From NCBI GenBank assembly GCA_963787835.1, contig CAWBEI010000002.1, positions 1,248,001 to 1,312,000 on the forward strand: 64,000 nt of DNA. The letters run 5' to 3'. Each line of letters begins with the position of its first letter. Within the stretch, counting starts at the first letter, position 1. Below are positions 9,576-18,626 of this stretch, in pieces. The position numbers were made by a program, and so were the translations under genes. The notes under the pieces were generated by a model that worked only from the letters and a program-made list of their open reading frames with translations, was not told where the DNA came from and did no database searches. Source of the DNA: Ignavibacteriota bacterium (GTDB taxonomy: Bacteria; Bacteroidota; Ignavibacteria; Palsa-1295).

Positions 9576-9604
9576 TTGCTTCATCAAACTTTGCCGTATA
9601 TTTG
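9576..9604 (+). promoter_or_regulatory. Candidate Bacteroidota-type housekeeping promoter
   Basis: TTG at 9576 and TATATTTG at 9597-9604 (TAnnTTTG motif), upstream of the gene at 9678. Confidence 0.4.
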
Positions 9605-9677
9605 AAGAACTACGTTCGCGTGAGTTTCTTACCGACGCAGTGTTTTTTCCCAAAAACTTAGGAGAACAATCAAAATT

Positions 9678-10223
9678 ATGAAATTCGGATCTGTAACATT
9701 TTTCGCTTTGGTCTTGCTATTCGTTGTATCATTCTCTTCAAGCAAATCGTATGCTCAGGCTCGTCCCAGCCCGGCAACGCAGGTCGTTTCGGTGGACATA
9801 GTGCCGCTTGTTTATAATGGTTCGATCATGTTTCAATATGAGTACAAGACGGACCCTGTAACAAGCTGGATGCTCCGTCTCCATTATTGGCCTACGGTTG
9901 CGCAGACGGCGAATTGGAGCGCCTTTGGGGTTGGTGCAGCGTACCGGATCTATATTGCGGACAGCCGTGCGCTTACTGGCCTTGCAGTCGCGCCGGCTGC
10001 CGACCTTTTCTTTTTTAACCAATCCCAACAAACTGGCGGCAGCGGCAGCCGGTCGGCGATCGCGTTCGATCTTGGCGTCGATCTTTCCTATAAATGGATC
10101 TTCGATCAATTCGCTGTCGAACCGATCCTTGGGCTTCGTTATGGGATCGGGCCACAGAGTACTCCCGGCTATTTTACGACGATAGAGCCTGTTTTTGGGG
10201 CATCCCTCGGGTACGCATGGTAA
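9678..10223 (+). CDS. Small outer-membrane beta-barrel protein
   Basis: Signal peptide, alternating beta strands, C-terminal GASLGYAW. Confidence 0.7.
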   Translation: MKFGSVTFFALVLLFVVSFSSSKSYAQARPSPATQVVSVDIVPLVYNGSIMFQYEYKTDPVTSWMLRLHYWPTVAQTANWSAFGVGAAYRIYIADSRALTGLAVAPAADLFFFNQSQQTGGSGSRSAIAFDLGVDLSYKWIFDQFAVEPILGLRYGIGPQSTPGYFTTIEPVFGASLGYAW

Positions 10224-10292
10224 TATTAACGCGACATGATACGTTCGTGTAATGAACCGATACATTCGGGAACGTAATTTTTCCATGGTACG

Positions 10293-11003
10293 ATGAAGCG
10301 ATCTCTCTTTCTGGTAATTCTGCTATTGGCTGGAGCGGAAGCGTTCGCGCAGCCAGGGACAGGTGTGCCGCCACGCAGGGTTCCGACCGTAGGGGATTCT
10401 CTGACCGTGATGCCATACCTGACGGGCAGCTTGAATCTCTTTTCCGGGAAAGCATTCCTGGCGAACGCAACGGGACCCGGATTCGGAGCTGGGCTAACCT
10501 TCGATTTCACGAAGGAGGGTCAGAAGGTTGGATTCATGTGCGATTTTGCGTTTCAGGATATGTACGGAGTGGCTCCGAACGGGAATTTTGTCCTCATCCC
10601 AAGTGACAGCATTCTCGTATCCGCTGATGCATATCACTATTGGTACTATCTTCTGTTCGAACCGTTTCTTAAGATACAGACCAGCGGTAAGCAAAAGGGT
10701 TATTTTATCATCGGAGCAAGTATGGGACTCGCCGTGCTTTCCGAGACGGTCAGTATCGGGCAAGGGCAAACGCAATTTACCGCGTGGGATGGAACACCAT
10801 TCGGAAATCGATTTCGCTTCGATATTCGTGCTGGACTCGGTGTTGAACTTGCCAAGATTGGAGGCCACGAGTTAGTGTTCGAAGCTCGAGCAGGTTATCC
10901 GCTCACCAACGAGATTTCCAATTATTCAAACATTTACGGTGGGAACGGCCCTGGCAATTGGAAGATCATTACCATTCAGGGAAATTTAGGACTCAGACTT
11001 TAA
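10293..11003 (+). CDS. Outer-membrane beta-barrel protein
   Basis: Signal peptide AFA-Q; Gly/aromatic-rich strands (FDIRAGLGVE, FEARAGYPL). Confidence 0.7.
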   Translation: MKRSLFLVILLLAGAEAFAQPGTGVPPRRVPTVGDSLTVMPYLTGSLNLFSGKAFLANATGPGFGAGLTFDFTKEGQKVGFMCDFAFQDMYGVAPNGNFVLIPSDSILVSADAYHYWYYLLFEPFLKIQTSGKQKGYFIIGASMGLAVLSETVSIGQGQTQFTAWDGTPFGNRFRFDIRAGLGVELAKIGGHELVFEARAGYPLTNEISNYSNIYGGNGPGNWKIITIQGNLGLRL

Positions 11004-11021
11004 TTTTTTGAACTTGACATT

Positions 11022-11711
11022 ATGAAAAAAGGAACACTTATTATTGGAGGCATCGTACTTTTCCTCCTCATTATTTTCATGTGGTGGCGCACCACATACA
11101 ACGGCTTCGTCACCATGGACGAGGGCGTGAAGGCGCAGCTCGGGCAATTGAACAACGTCTATCAGCAGCGCGCTGACCTCATTCCAAATCTCGTCGAGAC
11201 CGTAAAAGGCTCGGCCATTAACGAACGCCAAACGCTGACCGATGTTATCGACGCACGGAGTAAAGCTACTGGCATCAATCTCACTCCGGAGGCTTTGAAA
11301 GATCCCAACGCCTTGCAGAACTTTCAGAAAGTGCAGGGTGATCTTTCGAGTGCTATTTCGAGGCTTATGGTCGTAGTAGAGAAATATCCGGAGCTCAAAA
11401 GTCAGGCAAATTTTACCGTGCTGATGTCTCAGCTCGAAGGACAGGAAAACCGCATTCGCTTGGAACGAAATAGGTACAACGATCAGGTGAAGGATTTCAA
11501 CGCGCGCATTCGCTCATTCCCAGCCAGCATGATCGCAAGCATGTCAGGATTTACTGCATATCCATACTTCGAAGCCGCCGCCGGAGCTGAGAACGCACCG
11601 AAAGTTAACTTCGGAACTCCCGATGGCGCTCCAAGTTCAGGATCAGCACCTGAGAGTGCACCTCCAACTCCGGCAACAGAGCCGCATGGCCCCGTGAGGC
11701 CGACGCGATGA
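11022..11711 (+). CDS. lemA: LemA family protein
   Basis: YQQRADLIPNLVETVKG, EKYPELKS and ENRI..ER.RYN motifs. Confidence 0.95.
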   Translation: MKKGTLIIGGIVLFLLIIFMWWRTTYNGFVTMDEGVKAQLGQLNNVYQQRADLIPNLVETVKGSAINERQTLTDVIDARSKATGINLTPEALKDPNALQNFQKVQGDLSSAISRLMVVVEKYPELKSQANFTVLMSQLEGQENRIRLERNRYNDQVKDFNARIRSFPASMIASMSGFTAYPYFEAAAGAENAPKVNFGTPDGAPSSGSAPESAPPTPATEPHGPVRPTR

Positions 11712-12622
11712 GAAAATTCTTCGACTTCGTAGCCGTGACCTTTAGGTCACCGTGTGACTTTTCGCTCCGCGACCGTGACCTGAAGGTCACGGCTACGTTG
11801 GTAGTGATATGTTTGCTTTCACTGTCTTCGAATCTTCCTGCACAATCTCCAACCTCTCTCGCGATCCCCATGCTTCACGCAGGTTACGTGCTCGATGAAA
11901 CGAACACGCTGAACCCGAACGAGGTCGCCGCGCTCGATGCCAAACTCCGCCATTACGAAGATTCCACCTCCACGCAAATTTGCATTGTGCTCATCCCTTC
12001 CTTAAATGGAAATCCAGTGGAGGATTTCGCCGTCACCGTGCTCGACAGCAATCATATTGGGCAAAAGAATAAGAATAATGGCGCGCTGATCCTGCTTGCT
12101 TTGCAAGACCATCAAGGGTGGATCTCAACGGGCTACGGACTCGAACCCACGCTCACCGATGCTGCGACGAGCATGATCTATCAGCAAATCCTGGTTCCCG
12201 CGCTGCGCAAGGGCGATGTCTATGGCGGACTCGATCAGGCAACGACTGCGATGTTCCAGGTCATCGGCGGGGAATTTAAGAACGAGAACCCGCAAAGTCC
12301 GTTTCGCGGTAGGCGCGGTGCGCCATCGCCAGCGGGTGCGCTTATTATCGTCTTTGGATTTTTTATTTTTCTCTTTATCATGCGCGCGCTGGCGGGAACC
12401 GGCTCGAAGCGCACGGTCGTTGGCGCGGGCGGAGCAGGTTCCGGATGTATGGGAGGGATCTTGCAGGGATTGTTTTGGTCCTCGATCTTCAACTCAGGCC
12501 GCGGCGGTTGGGGTGGTGGTGGTTTTGGCGGAGGAGGATTTGGCGGAGGCGGCTTCGGCGGGGGTGGTTTCTCCGGCGGCGGCGGCATGGGCGGCGGAGG
12601 TGGTGCAGGCGGTGGGTGGTAA
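11708..12622 (+). CDS. TPM domain protein (YgcG-like) with Gly-rich tail
   Basis: IGQKNKNNGALIL...GYGLEPTLTD motifs and a GGFGGG tail; usual partner of lemA. Confidence 0.9.
   Translation: MRKFFDFVAVTFRSPCDFSLRDRDLKVTATLVVICLLSLSSNLPAQSPTSLAIPMLHAGYVLDETNTLNPNEVAALDAKLRHYEDSTSTQICIVLIPSLNGNPVEDFAVTVLDSNHIGQKNKNNGALILLALQDHQGWISTGYGLEPTLTDAATSMIYQQILVPALRKGDVYGGLDQATTAMFQVIGGEFKNENPQSPFRGRRGAPSPAGALIIVFGFFIFLFIMRALAGTGSKRTVVGAGGAGSGCMGGILQGLFWSSIFNSGRGGWGGGGFGGGGFGGGGFGGGGFSGGGGMGGGGGAGGGW
11729..11797. repeat. REP doublet (REPIN-like) inserted in frame in the TPM gene
   Basis: GTAGCCGTGACCTTTAGGTCAC...GTGACCTGAAGGTCACGGCTACG, 69 bp. Confidence 0.8.
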
Positions 12623-12625
12623 AAT

Positions 12626-12657
12626 AAAAAAGGACATGCTAAGGGCGTATCCTTCAA
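12626..12657 (-). terminator. Hairpin/terminator between convergent genes
   Basis: On the minus strand AAGGATACGC-ccttA-GCATGTCCTT followed by a T tract; a similar hairpin lies at 15509-15540. Confidence 0.5.
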
Positions 12658-12678
12658 TAAAAATCAGCACTTAGAAGG

Positions 12679-15420
12679 TTACCGTTCGATCGAAACTAGT
12701 CGAGAAACGGATTGTCCATTTTCGCTCAGTTTACATAGATAAGCGCCGCTTGGAACATTGTTCGAATTCCATTCTGTGGTATAGGTTCCAGCTTCTAATT
12801 CTTCCGAAAGAATCGAAGCTATTAGGACCCCTTTCTCATCGTATATGGCAAGGGAAACTTCGCCGGAATTCGGGACATTGAATTGGAAATGTGTGGACGA
12901 GTTATACGGATTAGGATAGTTCGGTTCAAGCGTTAGCTGTGTCGATGGTAACGGCGTAGTTTTCACAGCACTGTTCGCTGAATTAAAGGTTGCTGTGAAC
13001 GCACCGCTTCCACACGACCCAACAGCAACGTAACCATCCGATGGTCTGACATCAAGAGCATTAATAATATCATTGCCGATCGTGGAAGCCCCTTCAAGCG
13101 ACCAGACCGTTGACATTCCATTCAGCTTGTTCGTAGAATACACGCCCGTTGAAGTCCCGACTAAAAAAATAGTGCCATCCGTTAGCGGCAAGATCGCTAC
13201 GGACCTGCACGATGGCCCGTTGCCGGAGCCATTTGAATACTCTTCAAGATTCCCGCCTACTGGTTCCCAGTTCGCTCCGCCGTTCGTGGTCAGGAACAGA
13301 CTTTGAACCTCGAAATTTGCAAACGCTACCAAAACACTATCTGCATTATTTGGATTGATTGCAATGGAGCTTATAAATGCCTTTGAAGGAAAACCTTTGC
13401 CCGACCAAATTGCCACAGGCTTCTTGCTTCCCGACTCCGCGCTATCGAGTCTAAAAAGCATACCATCATTTGTACCATAATAGACGATGTTCGGAGGGTT
13501 TGTTGAAACACCGATAGCACTTATTCCGCTGTAAATCCCATAGGGGCTATTTGCGGGAAGTCTTGTAGCTGAAAGACTATCCCAGTTAATGCTTGTAGTG
13601 CTGGTGTCATAAACGGGAAACATACTGAGGTCGTTATTCCGCCAGAGAATGTGACCACCCCCGAAATACATCATGTCGGAGTTGTTCGGATCGAGCACAA
13701 ATGGATTCTGCCATAAATATCCGGTTCCACCGGTGGGATCGATCCGAGTCCAATTACTGCCGTCCGAGGCTTCTGCATACGTAACAGCTAACTGCGCGGA
13801 AGCATAGATGAGACCTGCATCGCCGGCAATCGCACATGCCTGGCCATCGCCACCGTACATAAAGTCCCATGGCTGGGTCTCATCATCGATATCCGTCGAG
13901 TAGCTGCCATTATCTTGAGAGCCTCCAAGCAACGTGACACTACCGGGTGTGTAGTGATCGAGTCCGATCGTGTAAAATTGCATCGTGAGATAATTATTGT
14001 CGAGCGAAGTCCAGGACACCTGTCTGGCTCGATTGTCGGCTGTGTAATAGAGGCCTCCATCACATCCAATGATCATCGAAGAAGGGTTCGAGGGATAAAA
14101 TGCAATGGCTTGTTGATCCACATGCACGTCGGGAAAGCCGTTATAAATATTGAGGTTGGTAATATTGGTTGTCGTCGCAAACCCATCAGTAGAACGCCAA
14201 AGATAGACACTGCCCAAATAAACGATGTTCTCATTATCTGGCTGAACGTGAACATCCCCATCATAAGGAACTTCTATCCCGGCTGCTGTGAGGATGGCTG
14301 TGCGATCAGCCCAGATGCCACCCGTATCCGTTCCATCCCCGGATTCGTAGGTGTATTTCCAAAAGCTGAAATTTCCGGAAAGATCCGTGGCAGAAAAATA
14401 TACAACGTTACCGTTCGAGGGAGCAACGGCGAGATAGATGTAGAAGGTTTGTCGTTCCCAATTAGCAGGTGTAATATTGGTCCAATGAATGCCGTCGGTT
14501 GATCGATAGGCGCCATAGATTGGGGCCAACCCTGTGTTTAGAGCTGTGTTCTCGGAGAGCACTGCATATACCACTCCGTTTGAAGTAACCGCAACACCTG
14601 TTTCACCTGACCCATTAGAAATATTGCCAAGGGTCATCGTCCATGTTTGTCCGCCGTCAGATGATCGCTCGATCCCACCGATTGTCGCTGCATAAACGAC
14701 ATCTTCTGAAGCATTGGAGGAATCTGTTGTGATCTGACATACCCAGTTAAAAGGGTTGGTCAATGTGACACTATCGGTTGAAACCGTTGAGAATAAAATA
14801 TTCCAGGTGACACCATCATCGGTGGATTTGAACATGCCATTTCCAATAAACTGACCACCACCTACCGGTTCGCCTATGCTGCAATCGACGGGTTCACCGG
14901 TAGAGCAATACCAGGTATTCGTTTTTCCGTTACGTGTGTCTTGTGTGAGAGCAGAGATATTATCGATTTGATTTAACGGTGTTGTTCTCACCCATGATGA
15001 TCCGCCGTCGGTAGAGTGCCACATGCCTCCGGCGACACCGCCGGCATTAATGATGTTTTCATTCGCAACGTCAATGCCTAAGGCATCTGTACGTCCGCCG
15101 ACATTTTCCGGCCCGCGCGGTTCCCAAATAACGGACGGAATAGAAAGAGTACTAAATTTGCCAGGGCTCGATGTGCCGATATCCTCACGTGACGGTAGCC
15201 CGGCTGCGAATTTTAACTCTTTCGCACGCATCCCTTGTGGAATGACGCCGGTAGCAGGATTCGCGAGCCGCATTCGCTCGAAGTGCGCGCGGCCGACAAC
15301 ATCCTCATCCAAACCAAGCGATTTTCCAGAAACCAGCTTACCTTGCTGCGTTAGTTGCGCTAACGAAGTGTGTGAAGTTAAAAGAAGGAAGACAGAAAAA
15401 AAGATAACAAAATATCTCAT
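12679..15420 (-). CDS. T9SS-secreted BNR/Asp-box beta-propeller protein (sortilin/GH74-like)
   Basis: Signal peptide; GP.NVGGRT; repeated STDGG.SW Asp-boxes; HVDQ; GGSQDNGS; C-terminal NYPNP...SGAYLCKL T9SS sorting domain. Confidence 0.85.
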   Translation of the reverse strand: MRYFVIFFSVFLLLTSHTSLAQLTQQGKLVSGKSLGLDEDVVGRAHFERMRLANPATGVIPQGMRAKELKFAAGLPSREDIGTSSPGKFSTLSIPSVIWEPRGPENVGGRTDALGIDVANENIINAGGVAGGMWHSTDGGSSWVRTTPLNQIDNISALTQDTRNGKTNTWYCSTGEPVDCSIGEPVGGGQFIGNGMFKSTDDGVTWNILFSTVSTDSVTLTNPFNWVCQITTDSSNASEDVVYAATIGGIERSSDGGQTWTMTLGNISNGSGETGVAVTSNGVVYAVLSENTALNTGLAPIYGAYRSTDGIHWTNITPANWERQTFYIYLAVAPSNGNVVYFSATDLSGNFSFWKYTYESGDGTDTGGIWADRTAILTAAGIEVPYDGDVHVQPDNENIVYLGSVYLWRSTDGFATTTNITNLNIYNGFPDVHVDQQAIAFYPSNPSSMIIGCDGGLYYTADNRARQVSWTSLDNNYLTMQFYTIGLDHYTPGSVTLLGGSQDNGSYSTDIDDETQPWDFMYGGDGQACAIAGDAGLIYASAQLAVTYAEASDGSNWTRIDPTGGTGYLWQNPFVLDPNNSDMMYFGGGHILWRNNDLSMFPVYDTSTTSINWDSLSATRLPANSPYGIYSGISAIGVSTNPPNIVYYGTNDGMLFRLDSAESGSKKPVAIWSGKGFPSKAFISSIAINPNNADSVLVAFANFEVQSLFLTTNGGANWEPVGGNLEEYSNGSGNGPSCRSVAILPLTDGTIFLVGTSTGVYSTNKLNGMSTVWSLEGASTIGNDIINALDVRPSDGYVAVGSCGSGAFTATFNSANSAVKTTPLPSTQLTLEPNYPNPYNSSTHFQFNVPNSGEVSLAIYDEKGVLIASILSEELEAGTYTTEWNSNNVPSGAYLCKLSENGQSVSRLVSIER

Positions 15421-15508
15421 ATTTCCCGATGTTATTTAAAAAGTGCCATATTGACCCATTTGGGAGCGTTGGGAGGAACATCACTCATCGGAATAGCGGT
15501 TCCAAACC

Positions 15509-15540
15509 AAAAGGGACGCGCCTATCAGCGTGTCCCTTCA
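15509..15540 (-). terminator. Hairpin/terminator downstream of kamA
   Basis: Minus strand AAGGGACACGC-tgatag-GCGCGTCCCTTTT. Confidence 0.55.
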
Positions 15541-15566
15541 AATAAATCAGCGAGATCAGAAAGCGA

Positions 15567-16706
15567 TCAGCGCAATCCCGGTTCTGGATTCTGATTGAAT
15601 ACCTTCTTCTTTCTCGGTGCGCGAACGGGGCGTTTGCGAGCGGGAGCTTTTGTGGGCTTCGTCTCTTCGACAACATCGGGATAGGTATAGATGTCGTACT
15701 TGTAATTGCGGAGCACCCAGTTCTTTTCGTCGTGACTGACAACGTAGTTCGGCAGCATGGGAATTTTTCCGCCGCCGCCGGGCGCGTCGATCACGTAATA
15801 GGGGATGGCAAGTCCGGAAGTCCAGCCACGAAGCTTTTCCATAATATCCAAGCCAACCTTGACCGGAGTGCGGAAATGGTTTGCGCCCTTCGTAAGATCA
15901 GCCTGATAAATGTAATAGGGCCGAACGCGCATGGCGAGCAGCTTTTGCATCAGCTCTTTCACGACCATCGGGTCGTCATTCACGCCTTTCATCAGCACCA
16001 TTTGGTTACCGACGGGGCATCCGGCATTGGCGAGCATCTCAGTCGCTTGCTTGGCCTCCGGCGTGCATTCCCACGGATGGTTAAAGTGAGTGTTTACGTA
16101 AATGGGATGATACTTCTTTATCATCTCGCAAAGATTGGGCGTAACTCGCTGTGGAAGCACACACGGAATCTTTGTTCCAAGCCGAATGATCTCGACATGT
16201 GGAATTTCTCGCAACCCCTTCAGAATTTTTTCGAGCATGAAATCCGTCAGTGTGAGCGGATCGCCGCCGGAGAGAATAACATCCCGGACTTCCGGATGCG
16301 CGGCGATATAATCCAGCCCATCCTGAATGTACTTCATCGAAATTTTGGAAGAATCGCCGACTTTGCGCTTGCGCGTGCAGAAACGGCAGTACATCGAGCA
16401 CTGACTCGTTACAAGAAAAAGTACGCGATCGGGATAGCGGTGTGTGATGCTCGGCACCGGCGACATGGCATCCTCATTCAGAGGATCGTCGGGTGCATCG
16501 ATGTCCGCGAGTTCAATTTCGTCTGGCACGCATTGGAGCCAGATCGGGTCGCCCTTATGACGGATGAGCGACAGATAGTACGGGTTTACGCGAGTTTGAA
16601 AGAAGTCGTTCAGTTGGTCCGCAACTTCCGGCTTGATACCGAATTGAGAAATGATCTCTTCTTTGGATTCAACGGATTTGCGGAGTAGCTCTTGCCAATA
16701 TTCCAT
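15567..16706 (-). CDS. kamA: Lysine 2,3-aminomutase family radical SAM enzyme
   Basis: THRYPDR, CSMYCRFC (CxxxCxxC), LSGGDP, PYYIYQAD and YVIDAPGGGGK (PLP lysine) motifs. Confidence 0.9.
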   Translation of the reverse strand: MEYWQELLRKSVESKEEIISQFGIKPEVADQLNDFFQTRVNPYYLSLIRHKGDPIWLQCVPDEIELADIDAPDDPLNEDAMSPVPSITHRYPDRVLFLVTSQCSMYCRFCTRKRKVGDSSKISMKYIQDGLDYIAAHPEVRDVILSGGDPLTLTDFMLEKILKGLREIPHVEIIRLGTKIPCVLPQRVTPNLCEMIKKYHPIYVNTHFNHPWECTPEAKQATEMLANAGCPVGNQMVLMKGVNDDPMVVKELMQKLLAMRVRPYYIYQADLTKGANHFRTPVKVGLDIMEKLRGWTSGLAIPYYVIDAPGGGGKIPMLPNYVVSHDEKNWVLRNYKYDIYTYPDVVEETKPTKAPARKRPVRAPRKKKVFNQNPEPGLR

Positions 16707-16877
16707 AATAAGTGATTTGATCGAACCATTGCTTCCGGCCTCCCGGAAGACACGGCTCGTGTTAACATTAATGCTTTACATCACGCCGCACATTTCGCAG
16801 CTCTGATGCGCCAACGATTCTTTTTTTCGTCTGCTAAAAGAAGATGTCCCGCTTTCACGGTCGATCTTCCTTTTTGC

Positions 16878-16906
16878 AATATACTACATTGCGAACGAAA
16901 AAGCAA
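16878..16906 (-). promoter_or_regulatory. Candidate kamA promoter
   Basis: Minus strand TTGCTT-N17-TATATT(GC); the palindrome GCAAT-N7-ATTGC overlaps the -10 box. Confidence 0.5.
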
Positions 16907-16931
16907 ATCGTCGGCTTAAAAATCTTTCAAT

Positions 16932-16993
16932 TGTAGCGCCGGCGTCCTCGCCGGTTCCCTCGGCGTGGGACCGGCGAGGACGCCGGCGCTACA
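16932..16993. repeat. GTAG-type REP doublet (REPIN), perfect 24-bp arms
   Basis: TGTAGCGCCGGCGTCCTCGCCGGT ... ACCGGCGAGGACGCCGGCGCTACA. Confidence 0.85.
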
Positions 16994-16998
16994 TGTTA

Positions 16999-17475
16999 TC
17001 AAACTCTTTTGCCGAAAATAACGAGGTCGTCACCTGGTTTATAATAATCTTTGATCTGCGCAAGCACTTCGTAATGCTGCTTTAGGTAAAACGCCCTTGT
17101 GCGTTCGTAACTTGGCTGGCTGCTGGTTTCAGCGATGAGAAGATAGCCGCCGCGCTCGCGCACGAACTGGACAGCGAAGGTGTCTAACTGCTGCGCGATT
17201 CCGTGTCCCTGATAGTCCGGATCGACTGCGATCCAATACATATCATAAGTTCCAACGGTGGCTGGTGTTGGCCCGAGCAGGAGAAACCCTGCTACGCGAT
17301 CCGATATTTCCGCTACGTAAGCAAAATAATCTTTTTGCTCTGGTTGTCCCGTACAAATGTCAATGAGCTCTTCAGCGATCGCGACTTCGGCTTCTGAAAA
17401 ATTCTTCGTAGCCCTGATAAGGTGGAGAATGTTTTCGCGATCTTCTTTTTTTATTTCACGTATCATTGGAAACAA
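16999..17475 (-). CDS. GNAT N-acetyltransferase
   Basis: YWIAVDPDYQGHGIA acetyl-CoA motif; ETSS...Y..TRAFY. Confidence 0.9.
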   Translation of the reverse strand: MFPMIREIKKEDRENILHLIRATKNFSEAEVAIAEELIDICTGQPEQKDYFAYVAEISDRVAGFLLLGPTPATVGTYDMYWIAVDPDYQGHGIAQQLDTFAVQFVRERGGYLLIAETSSQPSYERTRAFYLKQHYEVLAQIKDYYKPGDDLVIFGKRV

Positions 17476-17567
17476 TGTTACGAATGTCGCGCTTAACGTC
17501 TCGAATGTTTCGATGGTTCAATGTTGAAGGCTTCATTCAAAAATTTTCATACACCGGCTCGACCGTT

Positions 17568-18623
17568 TTATCGAGCACGAGCGACCGCCCGGTCAAGAAT
17601 TTCATTTATGGTTCCAGCGAAGGTTCGGCCGCTCGCACGTGCTGCGCGCATGAATCCCGCATCTTCGCTGATATCCGGATTCGGATTTGCTTCGAGCACG
17701 AAAAGGTTGCCGTATGCATCCAAACGCATATCCACACGCCCATAATCACGAAGTCCCACGGCGTTCGCAGCGCGTAACGCGATGGTTCGAGCTTCGCTCG
17801 CAATGTTCTCCGGCAACTTCGCCGGACATTCCGGCATCGTCGTTTGATAAAGAGGCGACTCTTCCACCCACTTCGCTTCGTAGCTCACGATGTGCGGCAT
17901 TCCTTCCGGCATGTTATCGAATGTAATTTCCGAGATCGGAAGCGTGATGAACTTACCATCAGACGCCGCTAACACTGCAACGTTTAATTCGCGGCCATCG
18001 ATAAATTCTTCTGCGAGCGCCGGTTGATCGAATTCTTTTTGAATGAACTGGACTCTTCTTTCGAGAGCATGCACATCATGCACGATCGCGTTGGAGTCGA
18101 TTCCTATGCTCGCATCTTCATGTACGGGCTTCACGATAAGTGGGAAGCGCATTTCTGGATCAAGTCCTCCCAATATTTTGTGCTCGAAGAGCTGATGTCG
18201 CGGAGTGGGGATTCCCTTTGCAACGAAGATAGCCTTCGCGAGCGCCTTTTCAAGTGCAAGGCCAAGCGCAAGTGGTGGTGAACCAGTATAAGGAATACGA
18301 AATAATTCATAAAGCGCCGCCACATTCATTTCGAGCTTCGATTGTCCGAGAATCGATTCACAACAATTAAAGATGACTTCAGGGCGCTCATTGGCTAAGA
18401 ACGAGCATAGCTTCTCAGTGTTGTCGTCGGCACTGAAAATGGTTACTTGGTGGCCGTGCTCTTTAAGAGCGCTTGCGATGGAGCGCATTTGTTCGAGCAC
18501 GCCATATTCCGACGCATCGATGAATTCACTCGATGGCGGATGATAATTCGGATCCGACCGGCGCAGCCAGTGATCCTCGGAAGCCGTGTTGCGCGGCTCG
18601 TTATAAATAACGGCAACTCTCAA
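17568..18623 (-). CDS. D-Ala-D-Ala ligase-like ATP-grasp protein (B)
   Basis: IPYTGS, FPLIVKP.HEDASIGI, EEFIDGRE, YGRVDMR and LEANPNP motifs. Confidence 0.85.
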   Translation of the reverse strand: MRVAVIYNEPRNTASEDHWLRRSDPNYHPPSSEFIDASEYGVLEQMRSIASALKEHGHQVTIFSADDNTEKLCSFLANERPEVIFNCCESILGQSKLEMNVAALYELFRIPYTGSPPLALGLALEKALAKAIFVAKGIPTPRHQLFEHKILGGLDPEMRFPLIVKPVHEDASIGIDSNAIVHDVHALERRVQFIQKEFDQPALAEEFIDGRELNVAVLAASDGKFITLPISEITFDNMPEGMPHIVSYEAKWVEESPLYQTTMPECPAKLPENIASEARTIALRAANAVGLRDYGRVDMRLDAYGNLFVLEANPNPDISEDAGFMRAARASGRTFAGTINEILDRAVARAR

Positions 18624-18626
18624 GTC

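Noticed and set aside
12500-12622. GGC-rich low-complexity tract
   Set aside because: It is the normal Gly-rich tail of TPM/YgcG proteins.
15732-16688. Long antisense ORFs (also 57313-58170, 54652-55290, 4989-5609 and others)
   Set aside because: Shadows of well-supported genes on the opposite strand, with no recognisable motifs.
15567-16706. EpmB (EF-P modification) or glutamate 2,3-aminomutase
   Set aside because: No efp/epmA nearby; the sequence has LAM-type PGGGGK and both lysine-binding Asp motifs.
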